Counted from the stretch's first letter, positions 1 to 9,501 are shown. The stretch: 64,000 bases of DNA from an uncultured Clostridia bacterium (GCA_944382885.1 CALWNT010000012.1:10784-74783); one strand, 5' to 3'. The notes: generated by a model not told the origin, from the sequence alone. Made by a program: numbers and translations.

Positions 1-15
1 TCAGGAGGGAAATCA

Positions 16-861
16 ATGAAATTATCTGTGTTTTACGACCATATGAGAGAGGCGGCCCAGCAAAGCGGCAAAAGCCTTGCAGAAGTCTGCCGCCTGGTGA
101 AATCCTTTGGAATCTGCGGCGTGGAAATTGAGCAGGCCTACTATTTGGAACACGAAGAAGAGGTTGTTCCGCTGTTGCAGCAGGCGGGATTAAAGGTCAA
201 CTGTATGTTCCAGTTTTTTGACTTCGCTCATGAAGCTCCTGAAAGACGTACTCAGCAGATCCGACGCTTTGTGGATACTGCCAAGGCTGCCGGTAGTCAA
301 AATGTATTAGTGGTGCCCGGCTTTCTCAGTGAGGAGGAACGGAAACTGAGCGGCGAGGCATATCAGCAACTCCTGACTAAACTGCGGGACGGAGTTGCCG
401 AACTGTGCGATTATGGCGAGAGCCAGGGAATTACAGTAGGGATGGAGGATTTCGACGGGATACAGGCGCCTTTTGCTACAATCAGCCAGTTATTATACTT
501 TCTGGAAGGCGTACCGAAATTAGTCTGCAATTTTGATACCGGTAATTTTCTCTACAGCGAAGAGGATGCCCTTGAGGCCTATGAGAAGTGCAAACCCTAC
601 ATTCAGTATGTCCACTGTAAGGATCGTACCTTTGAGGTCCATGAGGGAGAAAATCCTGTCATCACCACGGCGGGCAGAAAAATGTATGCCGCTTCTGTGG
701 GGAGCGGCTGCATCCCCATGAGGGAGATTCTGTCGGACCTTTTGCAAAACGGTTACAATGGGGTATTTGCCATTGAACACTTCGGTTCTCTGCGCCAGTT
801 GGAGGATATCGAAGCTTCGGCGAAATGGCTGCTGGCTCTGGGAAAAGAATTTGGCGCATAA
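16..861 (+). CDS. sugar phosphate isomerase/epimerase family protein (xylose-isomerase-like TIM barrel)
   Basis: 281-aa ORF. AGGAGGG RBS at 3-9, 6 nt before the ATG. Family-level resemblance only; no catalytic motif verified. Confidence 0.6.
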   Translation: MKLSVFYDHMREAAQQSGKSLAEVCRLVKSFGICGVEIEQAYYLEHEEEVVPLLQQAGLKVNCMFQFFDFAHEAPERRTQQIRRFVDTAKAAGSQNVLVVPGFLSEEERKLSGEAYQQLLTKLRDGVAELCDYGESQGITVGMEDFDGIQAPFATISQLLYFLEGVPKLVCNFDTGNFLYSEEDALEAYEKCKPYIQYVHCKDRTFEVHEGENPVITTAGRKMYAASVGSGCIPMREILSDLLQNGYNGVFAIEHFGSLRQLEDIEASAKWLLALGKEFGA

Positions 862-904
862 ACTTTCGTTTCCCGGCTTTTCCATCAATAGATTGTGTGA
901 TATG

Positions 905-931
905 AGCTTGGCAGATGGATGCTGCCAAGCT
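905..931 (+). other. perfect 10-bp stem-loop between the isomerase gene and tsaD
   Basis: agcttggcag (905-914) pairs with ctgccaagct (922-931) around a 7-nt loop. No trailing T-tract, so not a canonical terminator. Confidence 0.35.
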
Positions 932-967
932 GATACTAGGATTTACAAGGAAGGAATCGTCATCAAG

Positions 968-1990
968 ATGAAAATATTAGGAATAGAAAGCTCCTGTGAT
1001 GAAACCAGCGTTGCGGTGGTAGAGGATGGAAAAAAGGTTCTGTCTAACGTGGTGGTATCCCAGATTGAGGAGCACCGGCTTTACGGCGGAGTTGTGCCGG
1101 AGATTGCCTCCCGCCGCCACTGTGAGAGCATCGTTAAAGTGACAGATCTGGCTTTGGAAGAAGCCGGCATCACCCTGGATGAGGTAGACGGCATTGCGGT
1201 AACCTATGCTCCGGGGCTGATCGGCGCCCTGCTGGTAGGGGTGAATTTTGCCAAGGGACTTTCTTTGGCAAAGCATAAACCGCTGATCCCAGTGCATCAT
1301 ATTAGGGGGCACATCGCGGCAAACTATATTTCAAACGGTGTAAAGCCGCCGTTTTTATGTATGGTTATGTCCGGCGGACACAGCCATATTGTAGAGGTAA
1401 AGTCCTATACAGAATTTCGGGTCATCGGGAGAACCCGGGACGACGCGGTGGGAGAGGCCTATGATAAAGCAGCCAGAGCCCTTGGATTTCCCTATCCCGG
1501 GGGCGTGGAAATGGACAAGGCCGCGAAGCTCGGCAATCCCAAGGCTTATCAGCTGCCGAAGCCCAGGGTAGACGGTTCTCAGTATGACTTCAGCTTTTCT
1601 GGGCTCAAAACAGCGGTGCTGAATCTGATTAACCGGGCGAATCAGAAAGGGGAGCAGGTAAATCCCAATGATGTAGCGGCCTCTTTTCAGGCGACAGTCT
1701 GTGATATTATCGCCGACCGGCTGATCCGTGCGGCAAAGGAATTCGGTTATGACAAGATTGTTTTGGCCGGCGGAGTGTCTGCAAACAGCGGAATTCGTTC
1801 CAGGATGGAGGCGGAATGCCGGAAAAATCATTTTGGGCTTTGTATGCCTCCGTTAAAGTATTGCGGCGATAATGCAGCAATGATTGCGGCACAGGGATAT
1901 TATGAAATTTTGGATGCAAAAACGGCCGGGATGGATTTGAATGCAACGGCATCTTTGTCAATTACGGAAGAAAACTTTCGCGTAGTTTAG
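968..1990 (+). CDS. tsaD: tRNA N6-adenosine threonylcarbamoyltransferase TsaD (Kae1/Gcp family)
   Basis: ORF 758-1990 trimmed to ATG 968 (MKILGIESSCDETSVAVV), behind AAGGAAGGA at 947-955. Carries the VHHIRGHI metal-binding His pair typical of the family. Confidence 0.9.
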   Translation: MKILGIESSCDETSVAVVEDGKKVLSNVVVSQIEEHRLYGGVVPEIASRRHCESIVKVTDLALEEAGITLDEVDGIAVTYAPGLIGALLVGVNFAKGLSLAKHKPLIPVHHIRGHIAANYISNGVKPPFLCMVMSGGHSHIVEVKSYTEFRVIGRTRDDAVGEAYDKAARALGFPYPGGVEMDKAAKLGNPKAYQLPKPRVDGSQYDFSFSGLKTAVLNLINRANQKGEQVNPNDVAASFQATVCDIIADRLIRAAKEFGYDKIVLAGGVSANSGIRSRMEAECRKNHFGLCMPPLKYCGDNAAMIAAQGYYEILDAKTAGMDLNATASLSITEENFRVV

Positions 1991-2049
1991 TGCTTTTTGC
2001 CAGTTTGATAGAAAAGTAACGAAACTGTAGGGAATTCACGAAAAAGTCA

Positions 2050-2078
2050 TTGATTTTTCAGCGTTTTATCGTTATAAT
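2050..2078 (+). promoter_or_regulatory. sigma-A-type promoter candidate for PEPCK
   Basis: TTGATT (2050-2055), 17-nt spacer, TATAAT (2073-2078), about 70 nt upstream of the start codon. Confidence 0.5.
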
Positions 2079-2148
2079 ATTAGTCGTGAAAAATTATTTT
2101 TGGGAACAAAATTAGTTTTGACTGAAAATAATGGAAGGAGAATTTACT

Positions 2149-3921
2149 ATGTTAACCAACAATCAAAATGTAATTAAATGGGTTGACGAAATGGTTGCTC
2201 TTTGTAAACCGGATCAGATCGTTTGGATCGACGGCAGCGAAGAACAATTAAATGCTCTGAGAGAAGAAGCAATTTCCACTGGTGAAATGGAAAAATTAAA
2301 TGAGGAAAAACTGCCGGGCTGTCTGCTTCACAGAACTCTGCCGAACGACGTTGCCCGTGTAGAAGCTCGTACATTCATCTGCTCCAGAAAAGAAGAAGAT
2401 GCAGGTCCGACCAATAACTGGTGCGACCCAAAAGAAATGTATGCAAAACTGACCCCGATGTACGACGGCGTTATGAAAGGCCGTACGATGTATGTCATTC
2501 CTTACTCCATGGGTCCGATCGGTTCTCCTCTTGCAAAAGTGGGCGTTGAACTGACTGACTCTATCTATGTTGTTCTCAACATGGATATCATGACCAGAAT
2601 GGGCAAACAGGCTTTTGAAAACCTGGGTGAAACCTCTAACGACTTTGTTCGCGGCCTCCATTCTAAAGCGAATATCGATCCGGAAAACAGATACATCGTT
2701 CATTTCCCGGAAGACAACACGATTTGGTCTATCAACTCTGCTTACGGCGGAAACGTACTGCTGGGCAAAAAATGCTTTGCTCTGCGTATTGCCTCCTACC
2801 AGGGTAAAAACGAAGGCTGGATGGCAGAACATATGCTGATTTTGGGTATCGAAAATCCTCAGGGTGAAGTTACCTATATTTCCGCTGCGTTCCCGTCTGC
2901 TTGCGGTAAGACCAACCTGGCGATGCTGATTCCGCCGGAAGTATATCAGAAACAGGGTTACAAAGTATGGACTGTCGGTGACGATATCGCTTGGCTGAAA
3001 CCTGGCAAAGACGGCAGACTGTATGCAATCAACCCGGAAAACGGTTTCTTCGGCGTTGCTCCTGGTACCAATGCAAAATCCAACTTCAACGCTTTGGAAT
3101 CCACCAAGAAAAACACCATCTTCACCAACGTTGCTCACAATTTGGATGACAACACTGTTTGGTGGGAAGGCTTAGATAAGAATCCGCCGGAACATGCTGT
3201 TGACTGGACAGGCAAACCTTGGAACGGCAAGACCTCTGAAGAAAAAGGTGCTCATCCGAACTCCAGATTTACTGCCCCGGCAATCAACTGCCCCTGCATC
3301 AGCCCCGAATTCAACAATCCGGAAGGTGTTCCGATCTCCGCAATGATCTTCGGCGGCCGTCGTGCGAAAACCGCTCCGCTGGTATATCAGTCCTTTGACT
3401 GGAAACACGGCGTATTTGTAGGTTCTACCATGGCTTCTGAAACAACTGCTGCTGCTACTGGTGCAGTCGGTGTTGTTCGTCGTGACCCGATGGCTATGCT
3501 GCCGTTCTGTGGTTACCATATGGGTGACTACTTTGCTCACTGGCTCGAAATGGGCGAAAAACTGGGCGATAAAGCTCCGAAAATCTTCAATGTAAACTGG
3601 TTCAGAACTGATGATGAAGGTCACTTCATCTGGCCTGGATTCGGTGACAATATGCGTGTCCTGATGTGGATTGTTGCTCGCTGCAAAGGTGAAGCAGACG
3701 CTGTTGAAACTCCGATTGGCTATGAACCAAAACCGGAAGACATCAACATCGAAGGTTTGGATATCGATCTCGATACCGTAAAAGGCCTCTTAAATGTTGA
3801 CGTTGACCTGTGGAAAGAAGAAGCAAAAGGCATTCGTGAGTTCTATGCGAAGTTTGGAAACAAACTGCCGAAAGAACTGATGGATCAGCTGGATGCTTTG
3901 GAAGCAAGACTTGCAAAATAA
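2149..3921 (+). CDS. pckG: phosphoenolpyruvate carboxykinase (GTP)
   Basis: ORF 2131-3921 trimmed to ATG 2149, behind GGAAGGAG (2133-2140). Has the FPSACGKTN kinase-1a P-loop, and the length and overall sequence are typical of GTP-dependent PEPCK. Confidence 0.92.
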   Translation: MLTNNQNVIKWVDEMVALCKPDQIVWIDGSEEQLNALREEAISTGEMEKLNEEKLPGCLLHRTLPNDVARVEARTFICSRKEEDAGPTNNWCDPKEMYAKLTPMYDGVMKGRTMYVIPYSMGPIGSPLAKVGVELTDSIYVVLNMDIMTRMGKQAFENLGETSNDFVRGLHSKANIDPENRYIVHFPEDNTIWSINSAYGGNVLLGKKCFALRIASYQGKNEGWMAEHMLILGIENPQGEVTYISAAFPSACGKTNLAMLIPPEVYQKQGYKVWTVGDDIAWLKPGKDGRLYAINPENGFFGVAPGTNAKSNFNALESTKKNTIFTNVAHNLDDNTVWWEGLDKNPPEHAVDWTGKPWNGKTSEEKGAHPNSRFTAPAINCPCISPEFNNPEGVPISAMIFGGRRAKTAPLVYQSFDWKHGVFVGSTMASETTAAATGAVGVVRRDPMAMLPFCGYHMGDYFAHWLEMGEKLGDKAPKIFNVNWFRTDDEGHFIWPGFGDNMRVLMWIVARCKGEADAVETPIGYEPKPEDINIEGLDIDLDTVKGLLNVDVDLWKEEAKGIREFYAKFGNKLPKELMDQLDALEARLAK

Positions 3922-3940
3922 TTTGTTCCCAAAATGGAGA

Positions 3941-3975
3941 ACCCGGAACCGTCCAAAGACGGTTCCGGGTTTTAT
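3941..3975 (+). terminator. intrinsic terminator of pckG
   Basis: acccggaaccgtc / gacggttccgggt stem with a caaa loop, followed by TTT. Confidence 0.7.
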
Positions 3976-4289
3976 AATGCGGAGAAATATCTCTCCGTTT
4001 ACTGTGAAGCATTGCTTTCTTCGGATGTAACGATGAAACAGAAAGTTATTTGGGAAAATTGTCCTACCCAACTTCCGGTTTTTATCAAACTGGCTTGGTT
4101 TTGAAAAAATATCATTCTGTCTCGCAGCAGACCTTTTAGAATCGATTCAGGATCATAGAATTTTTAGTTTCCTTTTTTCTAAAAAAGAGGTATAATAAAT
4201 ACCGCATAGTAAAAATAGACGATACTGCTTTACCAGTTGAGGATAAAGAAAAACTGATTGGATCGGTTTATGAAAGGAGACGGGATACT

Positions 4290-5168
4290 GTGAGTACAGT
4301 AGGTTTGGTTTTAGAAGGCGGCGGGCTGCGAGGAACTTATACTTCGGGTGTGCTGGATGCCTTTATGGAATACGGTATTAAATTTCCCTATATTATTGGG
4401 GTTTCTGCGGGAATCTGCAATGCGGTTTCCTACATATCTCTGCAAAAGGGAAGAAGCGCGCAGATCAATATGAACCACTGTAATGATAAAAATTACTATA
4501 GCTTTCAGAATTTTTTCAAAACAGGCTCGATTTTCAGTGAAAAAATGCTGTTTGATTTGATTCCTCATCCGCTGTATCCCTTTGATTACGATACATATCA
4601 AAAAGAATACCAGCATACGAAGCTGATTGCCGGCACGACGGACTGCGTCAGCGGGAAACCGGTTTACTATGAACTCAATGACCTGCGTAATCAATATGAT
4701 ATTGTAAAAGCTACCAGCTGGCTGCCGTTTTTATCCAAGATGGTGGAATATGATGGAAAAAAGCTGTTGGACGGAGGCGCGTCAGATTCGATTCCGGTCA
4801 AAAAATCCATGGCTGACGGGAATGAAAAAAACGTGATTGTGTTGACTCAACCGGAGGGATACCGCAAAAAGCCCTCCAAACAGGATAAATTGGCTCATAT
4901 CGTATACCGAAAATATCCTAACCTGATAGATGATCTGGTCAATCGTTATCAGGTTTATAATGACACGTTAGACCACATTAAAAAATTGGAAGCGGAGGGA
5001 AAGGCGTTCGTCATTAAGCCATCCCGTGCTTTGGGATTGGGACGGCTGGAAAAAGACCCGGAAAAGATTCGGTTTGCTTATGAGTTAGGATATCAAGACG
5101 CCGTTAAGAAGATGGAAGAGATGAAAGCATTTTTACAGCCGGAAGAGAGTTTCACTTCGGCCAAATAG
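4290..5168 (+). CDS. patatin-like phospholipase family protein
   Basis: GTG start behind AAAGGAGA. GGGLRG oxyanion motif, GVSAG nucleophile elbow and a DGG Asp motif (LLDGGASD). Confidence 0.85.
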   Translation: MSTVGLVLEGGGLRGTYTSGVLDAFMEYGIKFPYIIGVSAGICNAVSYISLQKGRSAQINMNHCNDKNYYSFQNFFKTGSIFSEKMLFDLIPHPLYPFDYDTYQKEYQHTKLIAGTTDCVSGKPVYYELNDLRNQYDIVKATSWLPFLSKMVEYDGKKLLDGGASDSIPVKKSMADGNEKNVIVLTQPEGYRKKPSKQDKLAHIVYRKYPNLIDDLVNRYQVYNDTLDHIKKLEAEGKAFVIKPSRALGLGRLEKDPEKIRFAYELGYQDAVKKMEEMKAFLQPEESFTSAK

Positions 5169-5178
5169 GAGATAGCAT

Positions 5179-6156
5179 ATGATACGCTTTGCAGTGATAG
5201 GGACGAATTTTATTACAGATCGTTTTTTAGCGGCCAGTAAATATTATGAGGATTTTGCTTTATCCGCAATATATTCCCGGACAGAAGAGAGAGGACGGGC
5301 CTTTGGGGAAAAATACGGAGTAGCAAAGGTCTATACCAGTCTGCTGGATCTTGCTTCCGACCCGGAGATTGACGCGGTCTATATTGCGAGTCCGACCTGC
5401 TGTCACATGGAACAGGCGGTGCTTATGATGGAGCATCAAAAACATGTACTCTGCGAAAAGCCGGCGGCGTCAAACTTGGGAGAGCTTCAAAAAATGCTCA
5501 GCGCCGCTCGGAAAAACAATGTTGTATTTTTGGAAGCCATGCGGCCGGTTTTCCATCCGGGTACAGCATTGCTTCAGGAGCTGCTTCCTCAAATAGGTAC
5601 GCTCAGAAGGATGCAGCTGACATTTTGTCAGTATTCTTCCCGTTATGACAAATTCAAAAGCGGAATTGTGGAAAATGCTTTTCGTCCGGAGCTTTCTAAC
5701 GGCGCGTTGATGGATATTGGCAGTTATTGCGTCCATTTGGCGGTTTACCTCTTTGGTATGCCCCGCAAGATTCAGTCTCTGAGCATGATGCTTCCCCAGA
5801 GCATTGACGGAGAAGGGTCCATTTTGATGGACTACGGCTCTTTTCAGGGAAATATCCACTATTCTAAAATTACCAACACCCGTTTAGGCAGTGAGTTTCA
5901 GGGTGAAAAGGGCTGCATTTTAGTGGACAAAATCAGCGAGCCAGGAACGATTCGGCTGATTCCCTACCAAGGGGAAGAAATAGCCTATCATGTAAAAGAA
6001 AAAGATGATATGCGCTTTGAGCTTCGGGCCTTTTTAGATGCGGTTGAGAAAGGGAAAAGTGTACTCACCTATCATCAGGCCAGTGTGGATGCCCTTTCTG
6101 TCATGGATACAGTCCGCAGTCAATGCGGAATTGTTTTTCCGGCGGATGGGGAGTAA
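5179..6156 (+). CDS. Gfo/Idh/MocA family oxidoreductase
   Basis: N-terminal Rossmann segment IRFAVIGTNFI and an EKP motif (LCEKPAAS). Starts 10 nt after the patatin stop, behind TAGGAGA. Confidence 0.8.
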   Translation: MIRFAVIGTNFITDRFLAASKYYEDFALSAIYSRTEERGRAFGEKYGVAKVYTSLLDLASDPEIDAVYIASPTCCHMEQAVLMMEHQKHVLCEKPAASNLGELQKMLSAARKNNVVFLEAMRPVFHPGTALLQELLPQIGTLRRMQLTFCQYSSRYDKFKSGIVENAFRPELSNGALMDIGSYCVHLAVYLFGMPRKIQSLSMMLPQSIDGEGSILMDYGSFQGNIHYSKITNTRLGSEFQGEKGCILVDKISEPGTIRLIPYQGEEIAYHVKEKDDMRFELRAFLDAVEKGKSVLTYHQASVDALSVMDTVRSQCGIVFPADGE

Positions 6157-6315
6157 GGCAATCTCAGAACTCATTGAAACAGCAAGAAGATATTTCTGCT
6201 TTTATAGTGGGAATCTTTCGGTCGAGCTTTCAAACAGGCTCGGCCGATTTTTATTTTTGTGGATAACCCTTTCCGAAAGGCCGAAACTAGTTAGGGAACA
6301 GGAGAAAGATTTCTC

Positions 6316-6345
6316 TTGACAAGAACATACGTTCTTTAGTATAAT
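6316..6345 (+). promoter_or_regulatory. near-consensus sigma-A promoter of the radical-SAM repair operon
   Basis: TTGACA (6316-6321), 18-nt spacer, TATAAT (6340-6345). Confidence 0.6.
6322..6335. promoter_or_regulatory. LexA (Cheo/SOS) box
   Basis: AGAACATACGTTCT matches the Firmicute GAAC-N4-GTTC palindrome. It lies between the -35 and -10 elements. Confidence 0.6.
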
Positions 6346-6404
6346 AAAAACAGCAGGATAGGAAGAAAATAGTTGTAATATTGGGGCAAAAGAGGGGATT
6401 TTAG

Positions 6405-7730
6405 ATGACTGTTTTTGATAAACTGAAAATTTTGACGGATTCTGCAAAATATGATGTAGCCTGCACTTCCAGCGGCTCAGACCGCACGATGGGGAAAAAT
6501 CTTCCGGGGATGGGATCGGCCGTTTCCTGCGGGATCTGTCATTCCTTTTCTGCTGACGGACGGTGTATTTCTCTCCTGAAGGTTTTGATGACTAATTACT
6601 GCGAATATGACTGCCAGTACTGTGTCAACCGTCACTCCAATGATACGCCCAGGGCGGCATTTACCCCCAGGGAACTGGCTGATCTTACCATCAATTTTTA
6701 TAAGAGAAACTATATTGAAGGGCTGTTTTTAAGCTCCGGAGTGATAAAAAACCCGGATTACACTTGTGAGCGGATGATACGCTGCGTGGAGATTCTGCGC
6801 AACGAGTATCATTTTTACGGATATATCCATGCCAAAGCAATTCCAGGAGCGGACGAGGCTCTGCTTCAGCGGCTGGGATTTTTGGTAGACAGAATGAGCG
6901 TGAATATCGAGCTCCCTTCTCAAAAAAGTTTGACAAAGCTCTGTCCCAATAAAAGTAAGCAGGCCATTTTAAAGCCGATGGGTCTTTTGACCAACCGCAT
7001 TCGGGAAAATAAGGCGGAAATCGTACAGTACCGCCATGCGCCTAAGTTTGTGCCAGCCGGACAGAGCACCCAGATGATTATCGGGGCTACACCGGAAACA
7101 GATTACCAGATCTTAAATCTGACGGAGGGGCTTTATAAGAAATATTCGTTAAAAAGGGTGTTTTTTTCCGCTTATATCCCAGTAGCGGACAATCCGTTGC
7201 TACCTTCTATTCATACAAAGCCGCCCCTGCTTCGAGAGCATCGGCTGTATCAGGCCGATTGGCTGCTGCGGTTTTACGGTTTTGAAGCAAAAGAATTGCT
7301 GGATGAGGAACATCAAAGCTTCCATCCCCTGATCGATCCCAAATGCAACTGGGCGATAAACCATATGGAGCTGTTCCCGGTGGAGGTGAACAAAGCGTCT
7401 TATGAGATGCTGTTGAGGGTCCCCGGAATCGGAGTGACCAGCGCCAAGCGAATTCTGCAAGCCAGAAAGGCAGGCAGTCTGGATTATGAGGGACTGAAGA
7501 AAATCGGGGTGGTATTAAAGCGGGCTCAATATTTTATCACCTGTAAGGGAAAATTGGCGGAAGGGCTGAAAATCCGGGAGGATAATCTGTTGATGAGCTT
7601 GGTTTCGGAAAAGGGGATCAGTCTGCTGACTCGACAAATGCTGGATCAGTCTTATGAACAGCTTTCTCTTTTTCCCAGTGGAAAACTCAGCGAGGAGGAT
7701 GTGCGGCAATGCCTCAAAGAACCAATATAA
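6405..7730 (+). CDS. putative DNA modification/repair radical SAM protein (TIGR03916-like)
   Basis: CEYDCQYC (CxxxCxxC) cluster motif. C-terminal helix-hairpin-helix LLRVPGIGVTSAKRIL. Paired with a TIGR03915-like partner. Confidence 0.8.
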   Translation: MTVFDKLKILTDSAKYDVACTSSGSDRTMGKNLPGMGSAVSCGICHSFSADGRCISLLKVLMTNYCEYDCQYCVNRHSNDTPRAAFTPRELADLTINFYKRNYIEGLFLSSGVIKNPDYTCERMIRCVEILRNEYHFYGYIHAKAIPGADEALLQRLGFLVDRMSVNIELPSQKSLTKLCPNKSKQAILKPMGLLTNRIRENKAEIVQYRHAPKFVPAGQSTQMIIGATPETDYQILNLTEGLYKKYSLKRVFFSAYIPVADNPLLPSIHTKPPLLREHRLYQADWLLRFYGFEAKELLDEEHQSFHPLIDPKCNWAINHMELFPVEVNKASYEMLLRVPGIGVTSAKRILQARKAGSLDYEGLKKIGVVLKRAQYFITCKGKLAEGLKIREDNLLMSLVSEKGISLLTRQMLDQSYEQLSLFPSGKLSEEDVRQCLKEPI

Positions 7731-8554
7731 TATATGAATATGACGGAAGCTTTGAAGGCTTTTTGTGCTGCGTCTTTGAAAGCTTTGAAAAAAAGGAACT
7801 ACCCTGCGATATCATTCCCCAGACACAGGAACAGATGACCTTAGCGCCGGTCAGAGAAATTACAACCGACCGAAAAAAGGCGGCGCGGGTCTATCGGTCG
7901 ATCGAGCGAAAAATGTCCGTTTCGGCCAGAGAGCTGATTGAATTGAGTTTTTTAACCTGTCTTCCTCAAAAGGAACGGGACATGTTAGACTTTTTTTACC
8001 TTGGTTATCACTATGGCAGACAGGTGATGAACCGGTTGACCGACCCTACAGTAGACCGTTTGCTCAAGGGAGTGAAACACCTGACCAATGAGGCCCATCT
8101 CACCAAAGAATTCCTCCGGTTTTCGACAAGAAACGGAATGCTGGTGGCGAAAATCGGCCCCAAAAATAATGTGCTGTCTCTGATCAAAGACCATTTTGCC
8201 ACTCGCTTTCCCAACGAAACCTTTCTGATTTACGATTGCAAGCACCATTTGGCTTTTCTTCACACGCCTCGTCAGAGCGGTATTATTCCGGTGGAGGATA
8301 TCGAACTGGAGCAGATTGATGAGGAAGAACGGCATTACCAAAGGCTGTGGAAACTGTTTTACCGCACTATCGCTATTCGGGAACGATATAATCCTCGGTG
8401 CAGGATGTCCCATATGCCTAAGCGTTATTGGGAGTATATGACCGAATTTCAGGAAGAGGAGCCAGCGTCACCACAGATGGAAACCATTGCTTCCCCAATC
8501 ACGCCCCCTCCTTTAGAGATGCAAAACTCAGCACCAAAGCCGAAAATAGAATAA
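7709..8554 (+). CDS. TIGR03915/DUF4130-family putative DNA metabolism protein
   Basis: The N-terminus YEYDGSFEGFLCCVFE is typical of this family. It overlaps the radical SAM gene by 22 nt. No fused uracil-DNA-glycosylase-like domain. Confidence 0.65.
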   Translation: MPQRTNIIYEYDGSFEGFLCCVFESFEKKELPCDIIPQTQEQMTLAPVREITTDRKKAARVYRSIERKMSVSARELIELSFLTCLPQKERDMLDFFYLGYHYGRQVMNRLTDPTVDRLLKGVKHLTNEAHLTKEFLRFSTRNGMLVAKIGPKNNVLSLIKDHFATRFPNETFLIYDCKHHLAFLHTPRQSGIIPVEDIELEQIDEEERHYQRLWKLFYRTIAIRERYNPRCRMSHMPKRYWEYMTEFQEEEPASPQMETIASPITPPPLEMQNSAPKPKIE

Positions 8555-8565
8555 AAGACAGAAGA

Positions 8566-8590
8566 GCCATTCTCTTTATGAGAGAATGGC
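8566..8590 (+). terminator. stem-loop after the repair operon
   Basis: gccattctct / agagaatggc, a 10-bp perfect stem with a 5-nt loop. Weak T-tract (tta). Confidence 0.45.
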
Positions 8591-8613
8591 TTATCGCTTG
8601 GACGAGAGTTTTT

Positions 8614-8661
8614 CCAGTCGACCAATCAAAGAAGGCAGATCCTCTTTGATTGGTCGACTGG
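8614..8661. terminator. 18-bp perfect inverted repeat (strong hairpin)
   Basis: ccagtcgaccaatcaaag (8614-8631) pairs with ctttgattggtcgactgg (8644-8661) around a 12-nt loop, followed by aactttt. Confidence 0.45.
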
Positions 8662-8759
8662 AACTTTTCATTTGATGGCAATGCTTCTCCTTCTCACTGG
8701 TCCTTTTAGGTTGTCAGGAATTTTCCCCTTAATATTTTCTTACAATTTCGTCTGTTTCC

Positions 8760-8788
8760 TTTACAAAAGCATAAAATGTTAGTATGAT
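8760..8788 (+). promoter_or_regulatory. promoter candidate for the LiaF-like gene
   Basis: TTTACA (8760-8765), 17-nt spacer, TATGAT (8783-8788). Confidence 0.45.
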
Positions 8789-8820
8789 AAAAGAAAATAA
8801 AGTAGAAAGTGAGGGAGTGT

Positions 8821-9501
8821 ATGAGAAATCGTGTATTGAATTTTTTATGGGCTTTTTTGGTGATTGCCGCCGGTATTGGCTTTATCGGAGCGGAATTGGG
8901 CTGGTGGAGCTTCCACCTGATTTCCGGAGGCTGGTGGGCGTTTTTTCTCATCATCCCAAGTTTTGTCTGCATCATTCAGCGGGGCCCGGGAGTCTGGTCG
9001 GTGCTCTGTCTGCTGGGCGGGCTGTGGATCTTTTTAAACAGACAGGACTTTGTTCCTCAGGATACGGCGAGGCATTTATTTTTACCGGCAATACTGTTAT
9101 GTATCGGCGGCGTGATTCTTTTTAAGGTATTGCGTGCGCCGGTAAGCGAGGTCGGTCATCATAAGCCGATGTTTCTGGATCTTCCCAACTATTTCAGCCT
9201 GTTTTCCGGGAAAGAGGCTGAGTTCTGTAACCAGCCTTTTTATGGAGCGAATGCGACAGCGATCTTCGGCGGGGTGGATTTGGACGTCAGAGGGGCGCTG
9301 ATTACCGGCGATACAACCATCAATTGCAGCTCCGTCTTCGGGGGAATTACCATCAAGACAGATCCAGGAGTGAATGTGAAAGTAAATTGTCTGGCGATTT
9401 TTGGAGGCACATCTGACAAAAGGAAGCAGCCTTATCAAGCGGAACTGCCGACTATCTATGTGAAAGGACTGTGTCTGTTCGGAGGAGTGGACGTAAAATG
9501 A
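8821..9501 (+). CDS. LiaF-like membrane protein (cell wall-active antibiotic response domain)
   Basis: ORF 8809-9501 trimmed to ATG 8821, behind GAGGGAG. Multi-TM N-terminus. The C-terminal repeats FGGVDLDV / VFGGITIK / IFGGTSD / LFGGVDVK resemble the LiaF C-terminal domain. Confidence 0.55.
   Translation: MRNRVLNFLWAFLVIAAGIGFIGAELGWWSFHLISGGWWAFFLIIPSFVCIIQRGPGVWSVLCLLGGLWIFLNRQDFVPQDTARHLFLPAILLCIGGVILFKVLRAPVSEVGHHKPMFLDLPNYFSLFSGKEAEFCNQPFYGANATAIFGGVDLDVRGALITGDTTINCSSVFGGITIKTDPGVNVKVNCLAIFGGTSDKRKQPYQAELPTIYVKGLCLFGGVDVK

Noticed and set aside
758-967. Upstream extension of tsaD, and similar 5' extensions at 2131, 8809, 10329, 12480, 20914, 23047, 28411, 31487, 37761 and 43010.
   Set aside because: In each case an internal ATG preceded by a good Shine-Dalgarno sequence coincides with the conserved family N-terminus or signal peptide.
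2296-3138. Long antisense ORFs opposite conserved genes: 2296-3138, 23122-24030, 40330-41307, 52306-53040, 57560-58594, 61568-62314 and similar.
   Set aside because: They are shadow ORFs on the complement of genes with strong family signatures. They have odd composition (Arg/Ser/Cys-rich) and no RBS.
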